Shown: piece by piece, positions 54,040-62,604 of the stretch
Position numbering within the stretch: the first letter of the stretch is position 1
Layout of the letters: each line of letters starts with the position of its first letter
Source of the DNA: Nitrosotalea sp.
GTDB taxonomy: Bacteria > Methylomirabilota > Methylomirabilia > Rokubacteriales > CSP1-6
Length of the DNA: 64,000 nucleotides
Assembly (NCBI GenBank): GCA_035519555.1
Contig: DATIWG010000004.1
Coordinates: 6,037-70,036, forward strand
Direction: 5' to 3'
Made by a program: the position numbers and the translations under genes
Notes under the pieces: generated by a model
The model's input: only the letters and a program-made list of their open reading frames with translations
Database searches by the model: none
Told to the model about the DNA's origin: nothing

Positions 54040-55578
54040 ATGATCCGGCGCGCGTCCGCTCCGTTCCACGTCTTCCTCCTGCTCGTCCTGCTGATCGGTC
54101 GCCCCGCGGGGGCGGAGGCCCAGGCCAAGCCCGAAGGCGAGATGCGCTGGGCCCTCTACGTGACCCTGGCGCCGGCCTGGTTCGACCCGGCGGAGGTGGT
54201 CGGCGTGCTCACCCCGTTCTGGGTGCTCACCGCGATGCACGACGCCCTCGTCAAGCCCATGCCGGGCAACCTCCTGAGCCCGAGCCTGGCCGAGTCCTGG
54301 AAAGTGAGCCCGGACCAGCGCGTGTACGAGTTCAAGCTGCGCGAGGGTCTGAAGTTCCACAACGGCGACCCGTTCACCGCCGAGGACGTACGCTTCAGCT
54401 TCTACCGCGCGAAGGGCGCCAAGGTTCTCCAGGAAAAGGTGCGCGACGTGGAGATCGTCGGTCCCTACCGCGTCCGCTTCCACCTGCACGAGCCCTGGCC
54501 GGACTTCATGACCTTCTACGGAACCTACGCGACCAGCGCGGGCTGGATCGCCCCCAAGAAGTACATGGAGCAGGTGGGGCCGGATGGCTTCAAGAAGAAC
54601 CCGGTCGGGCTCGGCCCCTACAAGTTCGTGAGCCACACCCCGGGCGTCGAGCTGGTGATGGAGGCCTACGACGGCTACTGGCGCAAGACGCCCTCGGTCA
54701 AGCGCCTCGTGTACAAGAGCGTGCTGGAGTCGACCACCCGGGCCGCGATGCTGAAGCGGGGCGAGGTCGATCTGGCCTACCTGCTCGACGCCCCGCAGGC
54801 CCTCGAGCTGAAGCGAGATCCCTCCCTCAGGCTCGCGTTCTCCGGCGGCATCGGAACCTACTATCTGGACTTCTTCGATCAATGGGATCCGAAATCCCCC
54901 TGGCACGACCGTCGCGTGCGGCTGGCCGCGAGTCACGCGATCGATCGGCAGGCGCTGAGCGACGCGGAGACGCTCGGGGCCTCTCGGGTCACCGGCAACG
55001 TCGTGCCCCCCAAGTTCGAGTTCGCGCTGCCCCTCGAGCCCCATCCCTACAATCCGGCGCGCGCCAAGCAGCTGCTCGCGGAGGCGGGCTACCCGAACGG
55101 ATTCGACGCGGGCGAGCTCTATCCGTGGCCGCCGTACACCTCGATGGCGGAGGCGGTGGGCGGATATCTGGGCGCGGTCGGCATCAAGGTGCGGCTGCGG
55201 ACGATGGAGCGGGCCGCGTTCTACGCGGCGCTCGCCTCCAAGAAGCTCAAGGGGCTCTGCGTGTGCATCAACGCGGTCTACGGCAACGCGGCCTCGCGGA
55301 TCGCGGAGACCGTCCCGAGCGACGGGGCCTTCGCCTACGGCGGGTACCCCGACATCGACGCGCTCTACAAGCAGCAGGGGCGGGAGACGGACCCGCGCAA
55401 GCGCGAGGCGCTCCTCCACCAGATCCAGCGCCAGCTCCACGAGCGCGTGCGCTTCGCGCCGATCATGGACTACATCTGGCCGAGCGGCGTGGGGCCGAAG
55501 GTGGCCGAGCCGGCCCTGATGCTGATCGACCCGTATCCGTGGTCGGCCCCGCTGGAAGACGTCCGCCTGAAGAAGTGA
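54040..55578 (+). CDS. Family 5 ABC substrate-binding protein (no adjacent permease)
   Basis: GGGAGG RBS; HDALVKPMP, SLAESW, FKLREGLKFHNG, GLGPYK, WHDRRVRLA. Confidence 0.9.
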   Translation: MIRRASAPFHVFLLLVLLIGRPAGAEAQAKPEGEMRWALYVTLAPAWFDPAEVVGVLTPFWVLTAMHDALVKPMPGNLLSPSLAESWKVSPDQRVYEFKLREGLKFHNGDPFTAEDVRFSFYRAKGAKVLQEKVRDVEIVGPYRVRFHLHEPWPDFMTFYGTYATSAGWIAPKKYMEQVGPDGFKKNPVGLGPYKFVSHTPGVELVMEAYDGYWRKTPSVKRLVYKSVLESTTRAAMLKRGEVDLAYLLDAPQALELKRDPSLRLAFSGGIGTYYLDFFDQWDPKSPWHDRRVRLAASHAIDRQALSDAETLGASRVTGNVVPPKFEFALPLEPHPYNPARAKQLLAEAGYPNGFDAGELYPWPPYTSMAEAVGGYLGAVGIKVRLRTMERAAFYAALASKKLKGLCVCINAVYGNAASRIAETVPSDGAFAYGGYPDIDALYKQQGRETDPRKREALLHQIQRQLHERVRFAPIMDYIWPSGVGPKVAEPALMLIDPYPWSAPLEDVRLKK

Positions 55579-55640
55579 CGCGCACCCAGTAAGGACATCT
55601 TCCGTGCCGCCGCGACCCCGACGCGCGGTACGCTGCAGCT

Positions 55641-56009
55641 GTGGCGCGCATCCTCGTGGTGGACGACGAGCCGGACGTCGCCGATCTGGTGGCGCTCATC
55701 CTGGGCAACGCCGGGCATCAGGTGGACATCGTCCACGGCGGCCGCGCCGCCCTCGGTCGACTCGAATCCACCGGCTACGACATGCTCATCTGCGATCTCG
55801 TGATGCCCAACGTCAACGGGATCGCGGTGTGGGAGGCGGTGCAGGCGCGGCCGGCCCCGCGCCCCCGCGTGGTGTTCCTCTCCGGCTATTACGACGCGGG
55901 CGGCTACGAGGAGTTCATCGAGAAGGCGGGAGTGGCCACGCTGCCGAAGCCGTTCGATTTCGTCGCGCTGCCCGATACGATCGCGCGGCTGCTCGAGTCC
56001 CCCGGCTAG
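55641..56009 (+). CDS. Single-domain response regulator (receiver)
   Basis: ILVVDDE, CDLVMP (phospho-Asp), FLSG, KPF. Confidence 0.88.
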   Translation: MARILVVDDEPDVADLVALILGNAGHQVDIVHGGRAALGRLESTGYDMLICDLVMPNVNGIAVWEAVQARPAPRPRVVFLSGYYDAGGYEEFIEKAGVATLPKPFDFVALPDTIARLLESPG

Positions 56010-56413
56010 GCCCCCCCGCCCCCGGCTCGACGGCGACCCTCGGCGGCGAGCAGCTCGTTGGTGGCCAGCAGCTTGACCGAGAGGTCGCGGATGATCGCGA
56101 CGGCCAGGGCCGGGTTCGTGCGCACGAGATAGTTGAGCCGCTTGGCCGGGATCACGACGAGGGTCACCGGCTCCAGCGCCACCGCGGTCGCCGAGCGCGG
56201 CGAGTGGCCGAAGAGGCCCAGCTCCCCCAGCAGCTCGCCCTTGACCAGGACGCGCAGGACCCGCTCCTCGTCGCCCACCTGCTTGCGCACCTCCACCCGG
56301 CCGATGTGGATCATGTAGGCCTCGTCCCGGGGCGGATCACCTTCGCGGAAGATGATCTCGCCGGATCGAAAGGTCCGGGTGGTCGCGGTCGCGGTGACGG
56401 GTTTGCGGTTCAT
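56006..56413 (-). CDS. Stand-alone cyclic-nucleotide-binding domain protein
   Basis: GEIIFREGD, GELLGELGLF...PRSATAVA; no HTH. Confidence 0.85.
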   Translation of the reverse strand: MNRKPVTATATTRTFRSGEIIFREGDPPRDEAYMIHIGRVEVRKQVGDEERVLRVLVKGELLGELGLFGHSPRSATAVALEPVTLVVIPAKRLNYLVRTNPALAVAIIRDLSVKLLATNELLAAEGRRRAGGGGA

Positions 56414-56479
56414 TGACGCTCCGGCCTCCTATAATAACGGTCGGCCCGGAAATTCTCGGAGCGAATGGAGGAGGCGCAC

Positions 56480-57229
56480 ATGCGACTCGTGGGGAAGGTG
56501 GCGCTCGTCACGGGCGCGCAGCAGGGGATCGGGCGCGCGATCGCGGTGGCGCTGGCGCGGGAAGGGGCGGACGTCGGGATCAACTTCCTCGACGACGCGG
56601 ATGCGGCGGAGCGGGTGGCCGGCGAGGTGCGCGCGCTCGGCCGCAAGGCGACCACGGTCAAGGGCGACGTGGCGCGCCGGCCGGACGTGGAGGCCTTCGT
56701 GGCCGCGGCCATGGCCGCGCTGGGACCGCCCGACATCCTCGTCAACAACGCGGGAGTGTTCCCGCGCTCCGAGTTCCTCGCGCTCGCGGAAGAGGAGTGG
56801 GACCGGGTGCTCGGCGTCAACCTCAAGGGTGGCTTTCTCTGCGCGCAGGCGGCGGCCCGGGCCATGATCGCGGCCGGGCGTCCCGGCGCCATCGTCAACA
56901 TCTCCTCGTCGGCGATCCGCGGGGACGCGCGCGGCGTGCACTACTCGGCCAGCAAGGCGGGCGTGCTCGGCATGACGCGGGCGATGGCCCTGGCTCTGGC
57001 GCCCCACCGGATCCGGGTCAACGCGATCGCGCCCGGGCTCACCGACACCATGCAGCCACGCTACGGCAACACCGAGGAGCAGATCGCGGCGCGGGCGCGC
57101 GAGATCCCGCTCGGCCGAATGGCGCAGCCGGCGGAGATCGCGCGGATCGCGGTGTTCCTCGCCAGCGACGACGCGGGTATGATGACCGGCGAGCTGGTCC
57201 ACGTCAACGGCGGCGCCTACATGGCCTGA
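56480..57229 (+). CDS. SDR oxidoreductase (FabG-like)
   Basis: TGAQQGIG, NNAG, YSASK, VNAIAPG, VNGG. Confidence 0.9.
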   Translation: MRLVGKVALVTGAQQGIGRAIAVALAREGADVGINFLDDADAAERVAGEVRALGRKATTVKGDVARRPDVEAFVAAAMAALGPPDILVNNAGVFPRSEFLALAEEEWDRVLGVNLKGGFLCAQAAARAMIAAGRPGAIVNISSSAIRGDARGVHYSASKAGVLGMTRAMALALAPHRIRVNAIAPGLTDTMQPRYGNTEEQIAARAREIPLGRMAQPAEIARIAVFLASDDAGMMTGELVHVNGGAYMA

Positions 57230-57255
57230 GGCCGGGGCGCGCGGGAGGGCGGGCG

Positions 57256-58374
57256 ATGTGCGGGTCGGCGGATGACGCGGTGGAGCTGACGCGTCGGCGG
57301 TTCATCGGCGGCACGCTCGCGGCAGCGCTCGGAGCGCCCCTGCTGGCGGGATGCGGCATCCGCGGCCGCCGGCTGGATGAGCTCGACCCCCGCGTGCCCG
57401 CACTGCTCGCCGACACCGTGTCGGTGGACTTTCACACCCATGCCGCGGGCGCGGGCTACGCGCGCGCACCGCGCTTCGATCTGGCGGATCACATGCGGCG
57501 CGGCCATCTCTCGGCGGTCTGCCTGTGCCACTCGGCCGATGGGCCGGTCATCCGGCGGCCGCCGGGCGGCGGGCGCATCCGGCAGTACCGGGATCCCATG
57601 CCGGGCGAGCTAAACACGTTCACCGAGCGGCGGCTCGCGTTCATGGACGCGCTCGTCGGCCAGTACGGGATGACGCGCGTCCTCACCCCCGCCGATCTGG
57701 AGGCCGCGCAGGCGGCGGGGCGGCCCGCGCTGATCGGCACCATCGAGGGCTGCCAGTTCATGGACGGGCGGCTCGATCGGGTCCAGGAGGTCTACGATCG
57801 CGGGGTCCGCCACCTCCAGCTGGTGCACTACATGCCGAGCGACCTGGGCGACCAGCAGACGGAGGACGCGAAGTGGGGCGGCCTGGGCCCGCTCGGCGCC
57901 GACGTCATCCGCGAGTGCAACCGCCTCGGCATCGTGATCGACGTAGCGCACGGCACGCAGGCGCTGGTCGAGCAGGCCGCCACGGTGAGCGCGGTGCCGT
58001 TCGTGCTCTCCCACACCTCGCTCGCCCGCGGCCCGCTCGCCGCCTACTCCCGGCTGATCTCGGTGCAGCACGCACGGCTCATGGCGCAGGTCGGCGGCGT
58101 GGTTGGGGTGTGGCCGAGCGGCTATCAGTTCGTGGACGTTCGCGACTGGGTGGGCGGCATCGCGCGCATGGTGGACGCGGCCGGCATCGATCACGTGGGC
58201 ATCGGCACCGACATGGAGGGCGGCGTCAACGAGGTGTGGGACGACTACGCCGATCTGCCCGCGGTGGCCGATCTGCTCCTGAAGCAGGGCTTCGGCCCGG
58301 CCGAGGCCTCCAAGCTGCTCGGCGGCAACTACGTGCGGGTGTTCCGCCAGGCGGTGGCCGCGCGCAGAGCCTGA
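57256..58374 (+). CDS. Membrane dipeptidase (M19) family protein with Tat-type signal
   Basis: TRRRFIG; DFHTH, IEG, LVHY, IDVAH, SHT, HVGIGTD, LGGNY.RVF. Confidence 0.85.
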   Translation: MCGSADDAVELTRRRFIGGTLAAALGAPLLAGCGIRGRRLDELDPRVPALLADTVSVDFHTHAAGAGYARAPRFDLADHMRRGHLSAVCLCHSADGPVIRRPPGGGRIRQYRDPMPGELNTFTERRLAFMDALVGQYGMTRVLTPADLEAAQAAGRPALIGTIEGCQFMDGRLDRVQEVYDRGVRHLQLVHYMPSDLGDQQTEDAKWGGLGPLGADVIRECNRLGIVIDVAHGTQALVEQAATVSAVPFVLSHTSLARGPLAAYSRLISVQHARLMAQVGGVVGVWPSGYQFVDVRDWVGGIARMVDAAGIDHVGIGTDMEGGVNEVWDDYADLPAVADLLLKQGFGPAEASKLLGGNYVRVFRQAVAARRA

Positions 58375-58392
58375 GGCGGCGTTGACGCCCCC

Positions 58393-58581
58393 CGGGCCCT
58401 GTGGTACTTGCCCACCGTGATCGTCTACTCGACGCTGTTCATGGCCAACGCGAGCCTGGTGGTGGCCCCGCACATCGCCAGCGTGTCCGGCCTCGCGATC
58501 ACGCTCGCGGTGCTCGGCTTCGACCTGCCGTGCGACGGCCTCCGTGACGCCCTCGACCCGCGGCTCCCGGGCCGGCTCTAG
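58393..58581 (+). pseudogene. Relic of a DppC-type ABC permease C-terminus with internal deletion
   Basis: LPTVIVYSTLFMANA / SLVVAPHIA..GLAITLAVLGFDLPCDGLRDALDPRL; compared with 51421-52320 it lacks the EAxLSFLG...PSWG segment. Confidence 0.7.
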
Positions 58582-58583
58582 GC

Positions 58584-59360
58584 ATGCGCCTCGACGGGCG
58601 AGTGGCCATCGTGACCGGAGCCGCGCATGGCATCGGCCGCGCGATCTGCGTCGAGCTGGCCCGCGAGGGGGCCCGGGTGTGGGCCTGCGACGTGCGGGCC
58701 GAGCCGCTCGCGGCCACCCGCGCCGCGGTCGAGGCGGTCCGACCCGGCGGCGGGCAGGCGGAGGTGGTCGACGTGCGCGACGCGTCGGCGGTGAGCGCGT
58801 TCGTGGGCCGGGTCGTCGAAGCGGCCGGGCGCATCGACGCGCTGGTCAACAGCGCGGGCGGCGTGGCCGGGCAGACCATGCGGCCGGTCGATGAGGTATC
58901 GGACGCCGAGTGGCGCGAGATCTTTGCGATCAACCTCGACGGGGCCTTCCACTTCACACGAGCGGTCGCCCCCGCCATGAAGCGCGCGGGGCGCGGCGCC
59001 ATCGTGAACATCTCATCCGGCGCCGGGCGATCGTTCAGTCTCACCGGCATTCAGGCCTACGCGGCCGCCAAGGCCGGGCTGATCGGTCTCACCCGCCAGA
59101 CTGCGCGCGAGCTGGGCCGCCACGGCATCCGGGTGAATTCGGTGGCCCCGGGCTTCCTGCGCTCGAATCCGGCCTCGGAGAAGCAGTGGGAGGCGATGGG
59201 CGCGGCCGGCCAGGCGCGTCTGCTCGAGTCGATCGCCCTCGGCCGGCTCGGGGCGCCCGAGGAGATCGCCCGCGCCGTCCTCTTCTTCGTCTCCGACGAC
59301 GCGGCCTACGTGACCGGGCAGACCATCAGCGTCGATGGCGGTCAGTGGATGCTCGGCTGA
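58584..59360 (+). CDS. SDR oxidoreductase
   Basis: TGAAHGIG, NSAG, YAAAK, VNSVAPG, VDGG. Confidence 0.9.
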   Translation: MRLDGRVAIVTGAAHGIGRAICVELAREGARVWACDVRAEPLAATRAAVEAVRPGGGQAEVVDVRDASAVSAFVGRVVEAAGRIDALVNSAGGVAGQTMRPVDEVSDAEWREIFAINLDGAFHFTRAVAPAMKRAGRGAIVNISSGAGRSFSLTGIQAYAAAKAGLIGLTRQTARELGRHGIRVNSVAPGFLRSNPASEKQWEAMGAAGQARLLESIALGRLGAPEEIARAVLFFVSDDAAYVTGQTISVDGGQWMLG

Positions 59361-59408
59361 GCGGTCGAGCGCGGCCTGGGATAGAATCCGCCGGAGGAGG
59401 CGACCGCC

Positions 59409-59816
59409 ATGAGCGAGCCGCGCGTGGTCCGACTCGAGGAAACCGAGCAGGTGAGCTTCGGTCCGCTGTCCCACTACCAGCCGATCATCGGCGACGACGC
59501 CGGCACCACGCCGGTGCGCACCGGGATCCAGACCGCGCGGCCGGGCTACGTGGCCCCGGTGCACTCCCACCCGTACCTCGAGATCCTCCACATCCTCGAC
59601 GGGGAAGCGGAGGCCTGGGTCGACGGGCAGGAGGATCGCGCGGTGCGGCTCCGCCGGGGCGACACCATCGCGATGCCACCCGATACGCCGCATTCGTTCC
59701 GGGTGGTGGGCGATCAGGTGCTGCGTCTCCTGGGCACCCACGCCTCGCCCACCCGCATCGTGGACTACAAGGACGGGGGCTCGAGCGACGCCCGCGGCTA
59801 CCGGGTACAGCCGTGA
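59409..59816 (+). CDS. Cupin domain protein
   Basis: PVHSHPYLE, GD....P..TPHSF. Confidence 0.8.
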   Translation: MSEPRVVRLEETEQVSFGPLSHYQPIIGDDAGTTPVRTGIQTARPGYVAPVHSHPYLEILHILDGEAEAWVDGQEDRAVRLRRGDTIAMPPDTPHSFRVVGDQVLRLLGTHASPTRIVDYKDGGSSDARGYRVQP

Positions 59817-60631
59817 GGCTCGGCGTCAGCGTCCCGACGGCCCGACCAGACGGGTCGCCGCTCACCGGGGACGCGCTGGTCGGCAGCGCCGAGCAGATCG
59901 AGCGGGCCGGATTCGACAGCGCCTGGTTCTTCGACGCGATCGGCCGCGGCTTCATCCTCCCGGACCCGCTGATCGGCGCCGCCGTCGCGGCCGCGGTGAC
60001 GAAGCGCATCGAGATCGGCACCGGCGTGCTGCAGGTGCCGCTGCGCAATCCGGTGGAGCTCGCCCATCGCATCCTCACCGTCCACCTGATCAGCCAGGGG
60101 CGGCTGCTGCTCGGGGTGGGCGCGGGCTCGACCAGGGGCGACTTCGACGCGCTCGGGCTCGACTTCACCCGCCGCATGCAGGCGCTCGAGGACGGGCTGT
60201 CGGTGATGCGCCGGCTCTGGCGCGGCGAGAAGGTCGGCGCCGTCGACCTCACCCCGTGGCCGGCCGCGCAGGGCGGGCCCGCGGTGCTCATCGGGAGCTG
60301 GAAGGGGGAGCGCTGGATCCCGCGGGCCGCGAAGGAGTTCGATGGCTGGATCGCCTCCGGGGCCAAGACCAGCCTGAACACCCTCGTCGACGGGATCAAG
60401 CGCTACCGGGCCGCCGGCGGCAAGCGGGCCATCGTGACGAACCTCGCGGTCGATCTCACCGCTCCGACCGACCCGCGCGACGACGACGGCCCCTTTCACC
60501 TGCGCTGCGCGCCCGAGGCGGCGGCCCGACGCCTGCAGCAGCTCCGCGACCTCGGCTTCGACGACGCGGTGCTGCTGCTCAAGACGCCCACCGAGGCCAA
60601 CCTGGCCGCGGCGCGCGCGCTCCTACGCTAG
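59813..60631 (+). CDS. LLM-class oxidoreductase (F420-dependent-like)
   Basis: GTGA overlap; AGFDSAW, PDP, IEIGTGVLQVPLRNP, GRLLLGVGAG, DGW. Confidence 0.85.
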   Translation: MRLGVSVPTARPDGSPLTGDALVGSAEQIERAGFDSAWFFDAIGRGFILPDPLIGAAVAAAVTKRIEIGTGVLQVPLRNPVELAHRILTVHLISQGRLLLGVGAGSTRGDFDALGLDFTRRMQALEDGLSVMRRLWRGEKVGAVDLTPWPAAQGGPAVLIGSWKGERWIPRAAKEFDGWIASGAKTSLNTLVDGIKRYRAAGGKRAIVTNLAVDLTAPTDPRDDDGPFHLRCAPEAAARRLQQLRDLGFDDAVLLLKTPTEANLAAARALLR

Positions 60632-60649
60632 CCGGCGCCCTCCCGCGCC

Positions 60650-61861
60650 ATGAGCCAGACCGCCGACGTGGTGGTGGTGGGTGGCGGTGTCAACGGGGCC
60701 AGCATCGGGCACGCGCTGGCCTCGCGAGGCGTCAAGGTCGTCCTGGTGGAGAAGGGCGCGCTCGCGGGCGGGGCCTCCGGGCGGTCGAGCGCGCTCGTCC
60801 GGATGCACTACACCAACGAGTGGGACGCGCGCCTGGCCTGGGCGAGCTTCCCGGTCTTCCGCCACTGGGCCGAGCTGATGGGCGGGCCCGCGGTATTCAC
60901 CCGCACCGGGTTCGTCAACGTGGTCGCCCCGCGGTACGCGGATCACCTGCGGCGCAACGTCCTGATGCTCCGCCGCATCGGGGTGAACACGACCGCGATC
61001 ACGCCGGCCGAGCTGCGAGAGCTGCAGCCCTTCGCCCACGTCGACGACGTCGGCGCCGCCGCCTACGAGCCGGACAGCGGCTACGCGAATCCCGCCGAGA
61101 CCGTGGAGGGCTTCCGCCGCCGCGCCGTCGAGCTGGGGGCCCGCGTGCTGCAATGGACCGCGGTGACGCGCATCGACCGACGCGACAGCCGCGTGCTCGG
61201 GGTCGAGACCTCGGCCGGGCGCATCGACGCGGGCAGCGTGGTGGTGGCCGCGGGCGCCTGGTCGCGGCGGCTCTGCGAGGAGATCGGACTGTCGCTTCCC
61301 GCGCGGCCCAAGGCCATCGACACGGTGGCGGTGAGCCGGCCCGCCGACCTGCGCGACCCGCACATGGTCTTCATCGACAACGTGCAGGGCAACTACTTCC
61401 GGCCGGAGGCGGGCGGGCTGACCCTGGTCGGGGTGCCGTGCCAGGAGTGGGACATCGATCCGGACACGCTCGGCGGCGGTCTGCCGCCGCACGCGGCCGG
61501 CCTTGGGGCGGCCCTGCTCACCCACCGCATTCCGGCGATGGAGCGCGCGACCCTCGCCCGCGGCTATCGGGCCTTCGACGGCTACAGCCCGGATCGGCAC
61601 GCGATCCTCGGCCGCGTCGATGGTATCGACGGCCTCTACGTGGCCACCGCGTTCAGCGGCTCGGGCTTCAAGATCGCGCCGGCGGTCGGCGCGTGCATGG
61701 CCGAGCTCATCACGGAAGGGCGCGCCAAGACCGTGGACATCGACGCGTTCAGCCTGAGACGCTTCGCCGAGGGCCGGACCGTGGATGGCCCGTATCCCTA
61801 CGCCACCCGGCCGGACTACGTGGATCCGGCGCAGGCCTTGCGGGCCTGCCCGCGGATCTGA
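60650..61861 (+). CDS. FAD-dependent oxidoreductase (DAAO/sarcosine oxidase beta family)
   Basis: VGGGVNG, GASGRSSALVR, AAGAW, SPDRHAILG, FSGSGFKIAP. Confidence 0.9.
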   Translation: MSQTADVVVVGGGVNGASIGHALASRGVKVVLVEKGALAGGASGRSSALVRMHYTNEWDARLAWASFPVFRHWAELMGGPAVFTRTGFVNVVAPRYADHLRRNVLMLRRIGVNTTAITPAELRELQPFAHVDDVGAAAYEPDSGYANPAETVEGFRRRAVELGARVLQWTAVTRIDRRDSRVLGVETSAGRIDAGSVVVAAGAWSRRLCEEIGLSLPARPKAIDTVAVSRPADLRDPHMVFIDNVQGNYFRPEAGGLTLVGVPCQEWDIDPDTLGGGLPPHAAGLGAALLTHRIPAMERATLARGYRAFDGYSPDRHAILGRVDGIDGLYVATAFSGSGFKIAPAVGACMAELITEGRAKTVDIDAFSLRRFAEGRTVDGPYPYATRPDYVDPAQALRACPRI

Positions 61862-62583
61862 TGGACGCGCCGCCCGCCGGCCGTCCGCCCGGCGTCGAGT
61901 TCTCCACCTTCACGGTGATCGGCCGCTGCCGGCGCACCGGCCGGCTGGGTGTCGGCACCGCGACGCGCTCGCTCGCGGTCGGAGCGCGAGTGCCGCACGT
62001 GCGGGCGGGACTGGGCGCCGTCGCGATCATGGCCATCGCCGACGCCCGGCTCGGCCAGATGGCCATGCGCCTGCTCGAGCTGGGCTACAAGGCGCCCGCG
62101 GTGGTGGAGGAGCTCGTGCGCGCCGACCCGTACGCGGAGTACCGACAGCTCGGCGTGATCGACGCCGACGGCTTCGCGGCGGCGCGCACCGGCCAGAAGA
62201 ACCGGGCGTGGGCCGGGCACCGCGTGTGCGACGACTACATCGTGCTCGGCAACTACCTCACCGGGGAGCACATCCTCGACGCCATGGAACAGGCCTTTAC
62301 GCGGTGTGCGGGCGACGATCTCGAAGAGCGGCTGATGCAGGGGATCGAGGCCGGCCGGGACGCCGGAGGGCAGCACGGCGGCCAGCAGTCGGCCGCCCTG
62401 CTCGTCCACGAGGACCGGCCCTTCGCCCACGTGGACCTCCGCGTCGACGTGCACCCGGAGCCGGTGGGCGAGCTGCGGCGGGTCTTCGACGCCTATCGCC
62501 CGGCGATCCCGTACTACAACCTGCGCCAGGTCGACGCGCGGGTGCCCCCGCTGCCCGACTGGCTCCGGGACCGCCCGCGCTGA
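61861..62583 (+). CDS. DUF1028 (Ntn-hydrolase-like) protein
   Basis: TGATG coupling; STFTVIG, AVGARVP, RQLGVID, GNYL, AGG..GGQQSAAL, LRVDVH..P. Confidence 0.85.
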   Translation: MDAPPAGRPPGVEFSTFTVIGRCRRTGRLGVGTATRSLAVGARVPHVRAGLGAVAIMAIADARLGQMAMRLLELGYKAPAVVEELVRADPYAEYRQLGVIDADGFAAARTGQKNRAWAGHRVCDDYIVLGNYLTGEHILDAMEQAFTRCAGDDLEERLMQGIEAGRDAGGQHGGQQSAALLVHEDRPFAHVDLRVDVHPEPVGELRRVFDAYRPAIPYYNLRQVDARVPPLPDWLRDRPR

Positions 62584-62604
62584 CGGGCCCGGCGCGGCTC
62601 CGGA

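Noticed and set aside
56413-56435. TTGACG...TATAAT as a consensus promoter
   Set aside because: The spacer is only 11 nt. The TATAAT alone may be a real -10, but the pair is not a valid sigma70 promoter.
61840-61861. Possible frameshift fusion of the FAD oxidoreductase with DUF1028
   Set aside because: The TGATG overlap is ordinary translational coupling, and both proteins are full length.
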